This document shows, one piece after another, positions 1 through 9,734 of a stretch of DNA of 64,000 nt. Position 1 is the first letter of the stretch. Every line of letters starts with the position of its first letter. The position numbers and the translations under genes were made by a program. Under the pieces are notes generated by a model that searched no databases, had not been told where the DNA came from, and was given only the letters and a program-made list of their open reading frames with translations. This DNA is from a virus. Taxonomy: Duplodnaviria > Caudoviricetes. The DNA lies in the IMG/VR virus record IMGVR_UViG_3300017917_003016, positions 137,733 to 201,732 of that record. One strand, 5' to 3'.

Positions 1-590
1 TGATTGTTGTGTAATTCTTCGCCGCCAATCCAAATCCCCCATGGCAGCAAATTGCGGCTGGTGTCTGCAACATCATAGTTGCGATATCCCCACCAGTGTG
101 CTAGGCCATTAATAACACCTGCTGCCCAAAAAGGTATCCATAGCAGTTGAACTAGCCACACTAAAATTCCCCACCAATCAAACAGCAGAACGTTAAAAAA
201 CAGCAGAATGGTAAACCCAAGGGTACTATATTTAGAGTAGACGTTACGTTCAACCCAATCATTGGGTGTACCTACTCCCAATTCCAGTACTTTGGGATCA
301 CGAGCAGCCCGTTTGTATAACCATACCCCCTTGAACAAGACTGTCCAAATTCCGTAAATTTTAGGACTGTGCGGATCTAATTCAGTGTCACTGGCCTGAT
401 GATGTTTGCGATGCACTGCCACCCACTCTCGAGTAACCATGCCAGTGGTTAGCCATAACCAGAAACGCATAAAGTGTGATATCGCAGGATGAAATGTTAC
501 CGAACGATGTGCTTGACTACGGTGTAGATAAAGTGTGACGCACATAATAGTAATGTGCGTCAACACCAAAGTATAGATGACAGGAGACAT
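1..590 (-). CDS. Membrane fatty-acid (acyl-CoA) desaturase, 3' end runs off the window
   Basis: Not in ORF track. Read manually from ATG at 590: MSPVIYTLVLTHITIMCVTLYLHRSQAHR...VHRKHH...DPHSP...GEELHNNH. Three His boxes typical of the FA_desaturase family. Confidence 0.9.
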   Translation of the reverse strand, partial: MSPVIYTLVLTHITIMCVTLYLHRSQAHRSVTFHPAISHFMRFWLWLTTGMVTREWVAVHRKHHQASDTELDPHSPKIYGIWTVLFKGVWLYKRAARDPKVLELGVGTPNDWVERNVYSKYSTLGFTILLFFNVLLFDWWGILVWLVQLLWIPFWAAGVINGLAHWWGYRNYDVADTSRNLLPWGIWIGGEELHNN

Positions 591-597
591 CTAGTAT

Positions 598-939
598 TTA
601 ACCTTCTCCTGCCGCTGCTGTATTATCGTCTTCTGTTCGTTTCTTTTCCGCGTCGAAGTGCGGACGATTTATTATTTTTTCTGCTTCGACACGTTCATAC
701 TCAATGGTTTTACCGCGTAGGTGTAGCACTGTATTGACCTTTTGATTAAGTCTAATTAGGTCGTTGTCCAGCATACGAATGCGGTCAATCAGTGCAATCA
801 ACACTGTATTGGCCTCGCTCAGCACGGGTTTGGCTTCTTTTGTAGCCCATAACCACACATAGTACACCAAATAACCCGCACCAACTGCTGCTACTATAGG
901 AAAACCATATTTTGAAATTAAACCAGCGATGTCTTCCAT
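598..939 (-). CDS. Small membrane protein, YvrJ-like N-terminus; paralog of 1756-2037
   Basis: LISKYGFPIVAAVGAGYLVYY hydrophobic helix followed by an amphipathic/coiled segment. Confidence 0.65.
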   Translation of the reverse strand: MEDIAGLISKYGFPIVAAVGAGYLVYYVWLWATKEAKPVLSEANTVLIALIDRIRMLDNDLIRLNQKVNTVLHLRGKTIEYERVEAEKIINRPHFDAEKKRTEDDNTAAAGEG

Positions 940-949
940 TTTTTAATCC

Positions 950-1525
950 TTAGAAAAATAAGAATAAACCCTGCAGCATTAAAACCAGACCAGCGCCAGC
1001 CACAACAAAACTTCCCCAAAACAATGCCATGCTTATTGATAAAATACTAGCACTTAATAATACAATGCTCAATTGATAAGCAGTGCTGGCATATCCTACC
1101 CATGGAAGTTGTTCTTTGTGATGATCACGTTCTGCTTCTAATGCTTTGGCTCGAACAAATAGTTCTTTCTTTCCTTCTCCAGAGGATACATCGCTTTCAT
1201 AACTTTCAGCCTTGTTTTGATATTTGGCTGCTGCTATAAAATTACCTCGATCCTGTGCTTGCTGTGCGGCTAACTCATACTGAGTTTGTTTAATTGATTT
1301 GGCTTGATAGAAAGCCCATAAGTCATTGGCCTGTATGGTATTGTTCATTACCTTACTGTTAAGACTGCCCTGCAGCCACATGTTAAAAGCCAACAGTGCA
1401 GCAAACACATTGATGACCATCCCTGCGCGAGTTTTGATGAATCTTTCTCTCGCAGTAACTTCGATGGGCATTTCTTTTTCCTTATGCCGAGTAACCATTT
1501 TTAAAACGGTGTCTGTAAATGCCAT
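950..1525 (-). CDS. DUF4337-like membrane protein
   Basis: TM segment, ANDLWAFYQAKSIKQ motif, coiled coil, two C-terminal TMs; SD AGGAG upstream. Confidence 0.7.
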   Translation of the reverse strand: MAFTDTVLKMVTRHKEKEMPIEVTARERFIKTRAGMVINVFAALLAFNMWLQGSLNSKVMNNTIQANDLWAFYQAKSIKQTQYELAAQQAQDRGNFIAAAKYQNKAESYESDVSSGEGKKELFVRAKALEAERDHHKEQLPWVGYASTAYQLSIVLLSASILSISMALFWGSFVVAGAGLVLMLQGLFLFF

Positions 1526-1546
1526 TTTTCTAGCTCCTAGTGTCGT

Positions 1547-1756
1547 TTAATAAACAGGAATAGGTGGTATAGATTCTTCTGTAGTTGTTTTAGAAATCTC
1601 ACCTTGTTTGATTTTATATAATACTATCCTGTTATTGAATAGTTTTACTTCAAAATGATCTCCGTCACTCCAGTTTAATTTTTCTAGAGTAAGTTCTCGA
1701 TCTAAAATCATGTTACCATTTGGACCAACTTCAAAGTAGTAATCGACGAATAACAT
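1547..1756 (-). CDS. Hypothetical protein, possibly AbrB/MazE-like swapped hairpin
   Basis: GNMILDRELTLEKLNWSDGDHFEV pattern; start overlaps upstream stop. Confidence 0.45.
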   Translation of the reverse strand: MLFVDYYFEVGPNGNMILDRELTLEKLNWSDGDHFEVKLFNNRIVLYKIKQGEISKTTTEESIPPIPVY

Positions 1757-2037
1757 TAGTCTCTCCTTGCGTCATTTTTACCGTCAGCACGGGCTATACG
1801 GTCAACATCAGGGCGCAGACCTAATGCATTTGAAACTATGGTATCTATACGTACTACATCATGGTTCATGGTCTTAACACGATTATCTAGGGCCACAATG
1901 ATACCAGCCATGCCTTTGATACTACCAAGCACGCCTGCTAGGATAAATTTTAGTGTTAGGAAAACGAAATAACCACCCGCCGTTGCGGCGGCAATCGGAA
2001 AACCCACCTCGCCGATGAGTTTAAATATATCACCCAT
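1756..2037 (-). CDS. Small membrane protein, YvrJ-like N-terminus; paralog of 598-939
   Basis: LIGEVGFPIAAATAGGYFVF helix; SD AAGGAG upstream. Confidence 0.65.
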   Translation of the reverse strand: MGDIFKLIGEVGFPIAAATAGGYFVFLTLKFILAGVLGSIKGMAGIIVALDNRVKTMNHDVVRIDTIVSNALGLRPDVDRIARADGKNDARRD

Positions 2038-2106
2038 TTGTCTGCTCCTTGAAACTCTTTTATGCCACTTTGAATTATTATTATCGGCAAGTTTTTATTG
2101 TAAAAA

Positions 2107-2114
2107 TATTTATA
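2107..2114 (-). promoter_or_regulatory. T4-type late promoter TATAAATA
   Basis: Plus strand reads tatttata; lies upstream of the minus-strand operon 2037->1. Confidence 0.75.
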
Positions 2115-2127
2115 GGAGTTGAATAAT

Positions 2128-3291
2128 TTAATGTGTTAGCACTTTATAAATTGCCTTATAGTCAATATGGCTATCGTCATATCCTAATTCTTTGAACAGT
2201 GTTTGACAATTTTCTAACAGTTCTTTGGTGATGACGTGTTTAAAGTCACTGTAAAAGTGATTGAAGTTATGCTCAACGATGGGAGCAATTTCTCTAGCGA
2301 TTTCTAATTTTTCTCCAGCAGACAAATTGCAGTATCGATGCAGTTCTTGAACCACAAATTCAATTCTTTGATCATTGTCTTTGATATCATCATATGATTC
2401 ATCGATGAATGGCGAGAAACTTTTGAAACCGTAGTGTTTTAGATAGGCTAGATTGCCTGGTGCAGCCAAAAGAATAAAAGGTTGTTTGCTGACAATAGGT
2501 TTAAATGTTTTTTCTGTTAAGTGCAGTTTATCATAGTAGAAAACCGTTTCGGTTACCACATGCCAAAATGCACTGTAGTCTTTGACATTATTGTTTTCGT
2601 CGTGTATGTCTAGAGTTCTGGGAATATCAGCACTGGCACTACCGTGTACATAAGGTCGATCGATTACCAATTTGTCAAGTTTGGCCATGTGCGTTTGTAT
2701 ATGTTGTATGGCATTGTAACTAAGTTTAGTTTGAGGATCTGTCACCTCAACACGCCAATCTGATTCATCGTTATCGGTAACTCCAAAACTGACCAGCCCT
2801 TGATTGAGTAACTGATGTTCTTTTAGAAGAGACACAAAATAAATCCTAAAACTTCGATCCCCATATATAAGTCTATTATAGGTGATAAAGTCTTTTTTAG
2901 GTTGTTCCGTCATTGGTTTATTATAATTCAAAGTATGATAACCACGGAACCAATCTAGAGCCGCAAAGCCATGAAAAAAGTAGTAAAGCGAACTGAGTTT
3001 ATACTTTGTGCAGATGTCAGTTACTAATCGAGATTTTTCACTGGACACAAAAACACCGGGTACTGGAATATTTTCAAGATGATCTAAGTAAGGTTTTGTT
3101 GTTGAAAGTAATACCGGTTCTTGGTCATAAAAAAAGATTTTTCTCTCAGCGTGGGGAGTTTGCGTAAATACCATTATGTCAGATCTTGACGCATTTACTA
3201 TGATTGGTACTCCTCTATCTAGATACCAAAATAAAAAATCTTTAAAAATTTTATCGTAGAAAAATTCGTAAACGTGATCAACTTGGAGCAT
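2128..3291 (-). CDS. Conserved phage protein, putative glycosyltransferase-like
   Basis: C-terminal VVTETVF..EKTFKPI...PFILL..GNLAYLK..GF..F...IDESYD motif recalled from large-phage glycan-related genes; function inferred. Confidence 0.45.
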   Translation of the reverse strand: MLQVDHVYEFFYDKIFKDFLFWYLDRGVPIIVNASRSDIMVFTQTPHAERKIFFYDQEPVLLSTTKPYLDHLENIPVPGVFVSSEKSRLVTDICTKYKLSSLYYFFHGFAALDWFRGYHTLNYNKPMTEQPKKDFITYNRLIYGDRSFRIYFVSLLKEHQLLNQGLVSFGVTDNDESDWRVEVTDPQTKLSYNAIQHIQTHMAKLDKLVIDRPYVHGSASADIPRTLDIHDENNNVKDYSAFWHVVTETVFYYDKLHLTEKTFKPIVSKQPFILLAAPGNLAYLKHYGFKSFSPFIDESYDDIKDNDQRIEFVVQELHRYCNLSAGEKLEIAREIAPIVEHNFNHFYSDFKHVITKELLENCQTLFKELGYDDSHIDYKAIYKVLTH

Positions 3292-3292
3292 T

Positions 3293-4540
3293 ATGTCATT
3301 TCAATTAAAAACTGTAGGTTTTGTTGGTATTGGTAAACTAGGACTTCCCTGCGCTGAGTCAATGGCGCAAAAATATGATGTTACGGGCTATGATATTTAC
3401 TCTAAAAAGTCAGACAAGATCAAGATATCTGATAATTTAGAGGGTGCTTGTAAAAACAAGGATGTTATTTTTGTGGCTGTGCAAACACCGCACGATCCAA
3501 TATATGATGGTAGTCAACCTATCACACATTTGGACAACAAAGACTTTGACTATACTGCAGTCAAACAAGTGCTGGCTAACATAAATCAATATGTAAACAA
3601 TCAACAACTAGTGGTTCTTATATCAACAGTTCTGCCCGGAACCACACGACGAGAACTACGTAAATGTATATCTAATGCAAGATTTATATACAATCCTTAT
3701 CTAATTGCTATGGGCAGTGTGGCCTGGGACATGGTCAATCCTGAAATGATCATTATTGGTACCGAAGACGGCAGTTTAACTGGTGACGCTCAATTGCTCA
3801 AAGACTTCTATGATCCGTTAATGGAAAACAATCCTCGCTATGCCATTGGCACATGGGATGAAGCCGAAGCAATTAAAATTTTCTATAATACATTTATCAG
3901 TGCTAAGATTGGCCTAGTAAACATGATTCAGGACGTGGCTATGAAAAACGGTAACATCAACGTTGATATAGTTACAGAGGCTCTGGCAAACAGCACTAAA
4001 CGCATAGTCAGCAGCAAATATATGAAGGCAGGTATGGGAGATGCTGGACCTTGTCATCCCCGCGATAACATAGCATTGCGTTGGTTAGCAGAACATTTAG
4101 ATCTAGGCTATGATATTTTTGATACCATCATGCATGCCAGAGAAAAGCAAGCAGAAAATTTGGCTAAATTTTTAATTCAACTACAAAAAGAAAACAATTT
4201 GCCCATAGTCATGCACGGCAAGGCCTACAAGCCAGACATCGACATCTTAGATGGTAGTTACAGTCTGTTAATCGGCAGTTATCTAAAAGAATCTAAGGCT
4301 AATTTCTTTTATGTCGATCCCATGACCAAAGATCTTTGGCACGACCCAAAGCCAGCAATTATTCTTTTGGCACACAATAGACAGGTTACCTATGGATATA
4401 CAGGCACTGCAAGTGAACAGGATTTATATTTTATTCCCTCTGGTGGCAGCATCATTGTTGACCCGTGGAGAACCTTCACTACTGATATAAAAAACTATCG
4501 AGTAATTCACTATGGCAACACTAGAAAAATTTCATCTTGA
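3293..4540 (+). CDS. ugd: UDP-glucose/GDP-mannose dehydrogenase family protein
   Basis: Rossmann GFVGIGKLG, FVAVQTP, ISTVLPG, catalytic GDAGPCHPRD, GKAYKP. Confidence 0.9.
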   Translation: MSFQLKTVGFVGIGKLGLPCAESMAQKYDVTGYDIYSKKSDKIKISDNLEGACKNKDVIFVAVQTPHDPIYDGSQPITHLDNKDFDYTAVKQVLANINQYVNNQQLVVLISTVLPGTTRRELRKCISNARFIYNPYLIAMGSVAWDMVNPEMIIIGTEDGSLTGDAQLLKDFYDPLMENNPRYAIGTWDEAEAIKIFYNTFISAKIGLVNMIQDVAMKNGNINVDIVTEALANSTKRIVSSKYMKAGMGDAGPCHPRDNIALRWLAEHLDLGYDIFDTIMHAREKQAENLAKFLIQLQKENNLPIVMHGKAYKPDIDILDGSYSLLIGSYLKESKANFFYVDPMTKDLWHDPKPAIILLAHNRQVTYGYTGTASEQDLYFIPSGGSIIVDPWRTFTTDIKNYRVIHYGNTRKISS

Positions 4541-5024
4541 ACCTTTTTGGGATAACCAATATGTTAGACTAGAATACAAAAATGAACCATTTAACAGCCA
4601 CCTTGATGTGTCACGGTGGTTGGTAATGGGCTACGGACCTAAATTCACTGGCGACATGTGTGACATGAGAAAATCTCAGCCCGATTGGAACAATCAAATA
4701 ATCAAACACTTTCAAAATTTGGGTTGGCAAGATGTCTGCACTAGTTACTACCGAATGACCAGCGGCACTGTATTGCCCGAACATATTGATACCTACAAAC
4801 GATACATAGAAATTTTTAACCTCAAAGGTTGCGAACAGACCATACAACGTGCATTGATATTTTTAGAAGATTGGGCCAGTGGTCACTATTTGGAAATAGA
4901 ACAGGTTCCCATAACGGGCTGGGCACGAGGAGACTACTATGTTTGGTCTAAAGACACACCACATATGGCTGCAAACCTAGGTGCAAGACCTAGATATACT
5001 CTACAGGTCACTGGACACCTATGA
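4512..5024 (+). CDS. 2OG-Fe(II)/cupin-fold oxygenase
   Basis: PEHID (HxD), distal His in TPHMAAN, R in PRYTLQVTG. Confidence 0.7.
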   Translation: MATLEKFHLEPFWDNQYVRLEYKNEPFNSHLDVSRWLVMGYGPKFTGDMCDMRKSQPDWNNQIIKHFQNLGWQDVCTSYYRMTSGTVLPEHIDTYKRYIEIFNLKGCEQTIQRALIFLEDWASGHYLEIEQVPITGWARGDYYVWSKDTPHMAANLGARPRYTLQVTGHL

Positions 5025-5932
5025 TAATAAACAGCACCAACGAATGGGGAAGATTGCGCAGTGTAGTTGTGGGCACGGCCAATCATGCTAACTGGCCAAC
5101 AAATGATCCAGTTTTTTCTCAAGAAAGTCTCAAAACAACATGGAAAGAAACCCCAGTGCCACAGGGTCCCGTTCCACAATGGATTATCGACGAAACCAAC
5201 GAAGACTTAGAAAAATTAGTCGATACTTTGAAACTAATGTCTATAGATGTAGTACGTCCTAAAGACATGAATTTTCAACAGTTGGGGGGAATGTATAACT
5301 ACTGCCCCCGTGATCGCTTGTTAATCTGGAAAGATTATATAGTTGATACTGCCATGATGTATCCCTGTCGAAACATGGAAATTCATGCATTGTCTGACAT
5401 AACCGCTGCCGGAAAAGTAATCAGCATGCCTCGTGATCAAGGTCTGATCCTTGATGCGGCCAATATCTGTCGATTAGGCAACACTTGGTTATTTTTAGAA
5501 AGTTCTAGTGGCAATCGTTTGGCCTACGAGTGGTTACAAAAACGATTTAGCGATATCAATATCGAGTTGGTAAATTTTTACTCTGGTGTACATATTGACT
5601 CGACTATATGTCCGCTGCGTGAGGGATTTGTAGTGTTAAATGCCAGTCGTGTCACAGCCAGCAATTGTCCTAAAGCCTTTGACGGGTGGACGAAGTTATG
5701 GGTTGACCATGTAGAAGCACAGAGTTTCTACCAATATCCCTATGCCAGCAAATGGATCGGTCTTAACATGTTAAGTATCGATCCAAACACCGTTGTTGTT
5801 GATCAAAATCAAGTGCAGTTAATCAAAGATCTAGAAAAATTTGGGTTTACGGTAATACCTTTAGAACTACGACATTCACGTACTCTAGGGGGAGGGTTCC
5901 ACTGTGTAACCCTTGATTTACTTAGGGATTAA
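5021..5932 (+). CDS. Amidinotransferase (Arg:Gly / inosamine-phosphate amidinotransferase family)
   Basis: NEWGRLRSVVVG, NYCPRD, catalytic D (LDAAN), H (HIDST), C (GGGFHC). Confidence 0.9.
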   Translation: MIINSTNEWGRLRSVVVGTANHANWPTNDPVFSQESLKTTWKETPVPQGPVPQWIIDETNEDLEKLVDTLKLMSIDVVRPKDMNFQQLGGMYNYCPRDRLLIWKDYIVDTAMMYPCRNMEIHALSDITAAGKVISMPRDQGLILDAANICRLGNTWLFLESSSGNRLAYEWLQKRFSDINIELVNFYSGVHIDSTICPLREGFVVLNASRVTASNCPKAFDGWTKLWVDHVEAQSFYQYPYASKWIGLNMLSIDPNTVVVDQNQVQLIKDLEKFGFTVIPLELRHSRTLGGGFHCVTLDLLRD

Positions 5933-5938
5933 TAAATA
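5932..5938 (+). promoter_or_regulatory. Late promoter-like ATAAATA
   Basis: Intergenic, 18 nt before the ATG at 5957. Confidence 0.55.
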
Positions 5939-5956
5939 ATAAAAAATGGAAATTTT

Positions 5957-6688
5957 ATGTCCCAAAGTTTTGCTAGGTACACAGAAACATCTGTAAAAGC
6001 CTACCAGTTCAATCCAAAGAAGAACGAGATCATTGATCGTAAAAAAGAAATATTGGATTCTATAATCGATCATTATGGTAGTTCTCCTTCCTCTGTTCTA
6101 TTCTACGGGTTTAGTCCTCTTATGCTGGGCTGTAATTCCAAACAGATTGCAGTGGCCAGTATAACTTCTGAAATAAAAACTTTTCTGGATACGCTGTCAA
6201 TTAAATACAGTTATATCAAAGAAGAAGATTTAACACAGTATCGCAAGAAATTTAACTGGGTAATTGCTGGAGATGAGTATTTTACTTTTGCGCAGTCTGA
6301 ACAGGAACAAATGACTAAAATACAAGAAACCTGCTCGTTGGCACAAGATCTAATGATTACAACCCTAAAAGACTACAAGAATCAAGATTTTCGAGACCGT
6401 GAATTTAGCCAGCCGTTGGCTGTGCACTGTCAAAATAATACAAAAATATTTTTAGAGAATCATGACCATGATTTAACTGATAGAAATTCATGGCAAACCA
6501 CAGTGTGGGAATTAGAAAAAACAAAGTCTAACGTATACGGACCTTTTGCCAGACGTAGCATGTATTTTAAACAGATGGCTAAATTTTCAATTGATGCAGG
6601 TGCTAAGAATTTCTTTGTACATAAGAATTTAATGTACAAAAGTTTAATAAAAAAGAACTACGAGCACGTAATATCAATTAGTTTTTAA
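5957..6688 (+). CDS. Hypothetical protein (possibly degenerate methyltransferase fold)
   Basis: 243-aa ORF; VLFYGFSP and WVIAGDEYF weakly resemble Rossmann strands; no firm motif. Confidence 0.5.
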   Translation: MSQSFARYTETSVKAYQFNPKKNEIIDRKKEILDSIIDHYGSSPSSVLFYGFSPLMLGCNSKQIAVASITSEIKTFLDTLSIKYSYIKEEDLTQYRKKFNWVIAGDEYFTFAQSEQEQMTKIQETCSLAQDLMITTLKDYKNQDFRDREFSQPLAVHCQNNTKIFLENHDHDLTDRNSWQTTVWELEKTKSNVYGPFARRSMYFKQMAKFSIDAGAKNFFVHKNLMYKSLIKKNYEHVISISF

Positions 6689-6721
6689 AACTTGTAAACT
6701 GATAGTTTAATTCAAAGACAT

Positions 6722-7996
6722 ATGGATATCAATAGCCAATTACAGCCAATTATTGCCGGCATGATAAATGATCTTAAGGTACAGATCAATCATGAATTGC
6801 GGCAACAATTATCCGGTGAAATAGTCAAAAGTTTGGCTGCTACAGAATTGACCAGCATAATTCAACAGGCAGTTAAAAATCAAGTTGAGGCCAGATTAGA
6901 AAAATTTGATTTTGCTGGTACCGGACAGCAGGAATTAAAAATAGCATTTAAACAGATCACTGACACGGTTAATAAAAATCTTGCCGCAGCCACTAACAAA
7001 CAAATCACTGAGTTTGTCAATCAAAAATTAGCCCAGATAAACATACAAGATTCAATTGCAGCCGTGGTACAGACAGCCTTGGGAGAAAATCTCAAAGGTA
7101 CTACATTTCCTGCGGGCAGTATTCATCATTCATCTGTTAACTTTGCTGGATTTCAAATAACAGGTAGTGCGATCAAAGGCGGAATCATTGAAAATTTTGG
7201 CAGCGTTGGCGTAGAAGATCGTGCCAGTCATGTTCAAATGACCATAATGGACCATGCTGTGGCTTTTGAAAATCCTGTATACAGCCCCGAGTTAAATGTC
7301 ACAGGTAACCTCACAGTAAATGGTCAGGTTGTTTTATATGGTGGGTTAGACAGCGATTCTCCGGGATTTAAACAATTGGTTAATAAAACCAGCGATGCTG
7401 TTAGAGAAGACCTAAATGATGAACTATTCTCTGGCTTTAGTGACACTGTCTTTAATCAAATCAAAAACCAAGGAATAGATCTAGACAAGGTTTCACAAGG
7501 CGGCCGCGAAATTGTCAGTGGCAACCGACTGGGTTATCATATTGTTGATACTAATATTCAACGTGTTGGGATATTGAATGATCTACAGACCTCCGGCGAA
7601 AATCTTCTGTGTGATACCTTGTATGTGACTGCGCGCCGCGTGGGTATTAACACCATGGAGCCGACTAATACCCTGAGCATATGGGATCAGGAAGTTGAAT
7701 TTTCTGTAACCAAACATAGTCAAGACACTGGCTACATCGGCACTCCTCGAAATCAAAAACTAGTCTTAGGATCAAACAACAAACAAAATCTTGTGCTTAA
7801 TCCAGACGGCACTGTCAAGGTAGAACACCTAGATATTGGTCCCATTGCCATGACCAGCCATAATGTAATACCTAATTATCCCAGCAGGGCTGGACATATA
7901 GTTTGGAACACTGCACCAGCAGAAGGTGGAGTTATAGGATGGGTCTGTCTAGGTGGTGCCCAGTGGGCAGGGTTTGGCAAGATAGAAAACCATTGA
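6722..7996 (+). CDS. Probable virion/tail-associated protein
   Basis: N-terminal coiled coil; C-terminal GHIVWNTAPAEGGVIGWVCLGGAQWAGFGKI motif typical of phage fibre C-termini. Confidence 0.55.
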   Translation: MDINSQLQPIIAGMINDLKVQINHELRQQLSGEIVKSLAATELTSIIQQAVKNQVEARLEKFDFAGTGQQELKIAFKQITDTVNKNLAAATNKQITEFVNQKLAQINIQDSIAAVVQTALGENLKGTTFPAGSIHHSSVNFAGFQITGSAIKGGIIENFGSVGVEDRASHVQMTIMDHAVAFENPVYSPELNVTGNLTVNGQVVLYGGLDSDSPGFKQLVNKTSDAVREDLNDELFSGFSDTVFNQIKNQGIDLDKVSQGGREIVSGNRLGYHIVDTNIQRVGILNDLQTSGENLLCDTLYVTARRVGINTMEPTNTLSIWDQEVEFSVTKHSQDTGYIGTPRNQKLVLGSNNKQNLVLNPDGTVKVEHLDIGPIAMTSHNVIPNYPSRAGHIVWNTAPAEGGVIGWVCLGGAQWAGFGKIENH

Positions 7997-8021
7997 CAAT
8001 CTTTAAGATTGTACGTATAAT
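7993..8021 (+). promoter_or_regulatory. Sigma70 consensus (early) promoter
   Basis: TTGACA(7993)-17 nt-TATAAT(8016). Confidence 0.85.
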
Positions 8022-8051
8022 AAACTATCTTGTACTTTATCGGACACTGTT

Positions 8052-9083
8052 TTGACCACTCAACGCATCGGCTTTGCCTGCAAATGGATTGATGACCCCA
8101 GTCAAGTTAACGGCATCAAAGCCAAAGACACCTGCAAAATCTATAACACTGGCACTACCACAGTAGCATGGTTAAATAGACAGGCACGAGATGTGTCTGT
8201 GGCAAAACTGTGGTCTTTAATGCAACAGAACATTGAATCTACACAAAAACTTATCGAAAAGGTTGGTGCACTAGATGAACACCTTAGAATGGTTCGTCTC
8301 TCAAGTGATATACTTCCAGTATATACAGAGTCTAATTGGAGTTGGTTTTGGCGTGAGCCTGACGTTAGGCTTTATGCTGAACGGGCGTTTGGCAAGGTTG
8401 GTGATGCTGCTAGGCGCCTTGGTGTGCGCATTAGTTTTCATCCGGGTCAATTCTGCGTTTTGGCTTCAGATTCTGTCAACATTGTTGACCGTAGTATAGA
8501 AGAATTTGAATATCACGCGGACATGGCTCGCTGGATGGGCTACGGCCGTGAATTCCAAGACATGAAGATCAACGTACACATTGCCGGCCGGCAAGGCCCT
8601 GAAGGTATTCGTCGTGTACTAAACAGACTCACACCCGAAGCACGTAATTGTATTACTATTGAAAACGAGGAGATGAAACATGGACTTGACGATTGTCTCA
8701 GCATCAGTGATTGTGTGCCTATTGTTCTTGACATACACCATCATTGGGTTCGCGAGGGGGAATACATTCAAGCAAATGATGATAGAGTTAAACGAGTTTG
8801 GGATAGTTGGCGCGGCCGTCGTCCTACTTGCCATTATAGTGTTAGTCGAGAAGACGTCCTTGTAAACCATTGCGGCCAAACTCTGCCCGATCATCAGATC
8901 TTGTTAGAAACAGGCTATAAGAAAAGCCATCTCCGTGCACACAGCAACTTCTACTGGAACTCTAAGGTCAACGATTGGGCCTTGACTTTCTGGGAAAAAT
9001 TTGATATAATGTGTGAATCAAAAGCAAAAAACCTTGCTAGTTTTGCCTTGTTTGAGCATGCTAAGGCTAACGGGGTAGTGTAA
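8052..9083 (+). CDS. uvsE: UV-damage endonuclease
   Basis: RIGFACK, VRLSSDILP, SFHPGQFCVLAS, INVHIAG, TIENEE, VLDIHHH, RAHS. Confidence 0.92.
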   Translation: MTTQRIGFACKWIDDPSQVNGIKAKDTCKIYNTGTTTVAWLNRQARDVSVAKLWSLMQQNIESTQKLIEKVGALDEHLRMVRLSSDILPVYTESNWSWFWREPDVRLYAERAFGKVGDAARRLGVRISFHPGQFCVLASDSVNIVDRSIEEFEYHADMARWMGYGREFQDMKINVHIAGRQGPEGIRRVLNRLTPEARNCITIENEEMKHGLDDCLSISDCVPIVLDIHHHWVREGEYIQANDDRVKRVWDSWRGRRPTCHYSVSREDVLVNHCGQTLPDHQILLETGYKKSHLRAHSNFYWNSKVNDWALTFWEKFDIMCESKAKNLASFALFEHAKANGVV

Positions 9084-9334
9084 TGTTTGGTGGCCCAAGT
9101 ATTCCTGAACGTTTTTTATGGTGGAAGCATCAGATGGACGGCAGGTACGTTTGGCAGCGCAGATTCGCACTACTACCACGTCGGAGTATGAGGTCAGACA
9201 CAATGATTTGGCTGCAATGGGCCTGGCAAGGTCAGAGAATTATTACCGGACCTGGAGAACCAGTGGTTATGATTCAATGGTTGACTGATAAAGAATTTAC
9301 CTGGGAACAACTAAGGAGTAAAAATGGGACTTGA
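9083..9334 (+). CDS. Hypothetical Trp-rich protein
   Basis: Translationally coupled ORF (TAATG overlap). Confidence 0.6.
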   Translation: MFGGPSIPERFLWWKHQMDGRYVWQRRFALLPRRSMRSDTMIWLQWAWQGQRIITGPGEPVVMIQWLTDKEFTWEQLRSKNGT

Positions 9335-9734
9335 TATGTATGCCTATAGTGCTACCAAAGTCAACACACAACGAGACTATTGGGATGGATATGATTTTGA
9401 AAAGAAAAAGTCTAACAGTCCAGAGCCCAAAGAACTGGCCTACTGGCGCAAGCATCCCAACCTCCATGGTTGGATGGAACGTCTATGGGAAAGCAAGGGC
9501 TGTCCTGGAGACAATCCAGAAGATATGTTCAACGGTGTAGAACTGGAATTGACCTGGGAGGATCTTGAACAACTAGAACAAGATGTCAGTGCTGGTCGAT
9601 TACCTGAAACCGCAGGTTTCTTTTTCGGCGCCGCCAGCGATGAATATTATCGAGAACAGGATCTTCAGTTTATTCGTGAGGCCAAAGCAGATATCATTGT
9701 GGGACTAAAGGTTTTTTACAATAGTTCATGGTAA
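9324..9734 (+). CDS. Conserved phage hypothetical protein
   Basis: MGLDMY...ELAYWRKHPNLHGWM motif; SD AAGGAG. Confidence 0.75.
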   Translation: MGLDMYAYSATKVNTQRDYWDGYDFEKKKSNSPEPKELAYWRKHPNLHGWMERLWESKGCPGDNPEDMFNGVELELTWEDLEQLEQDVSAGRLPETAGFFFGAASDEYYREQDLQFIREAKADIIVGLKVFYNSSW

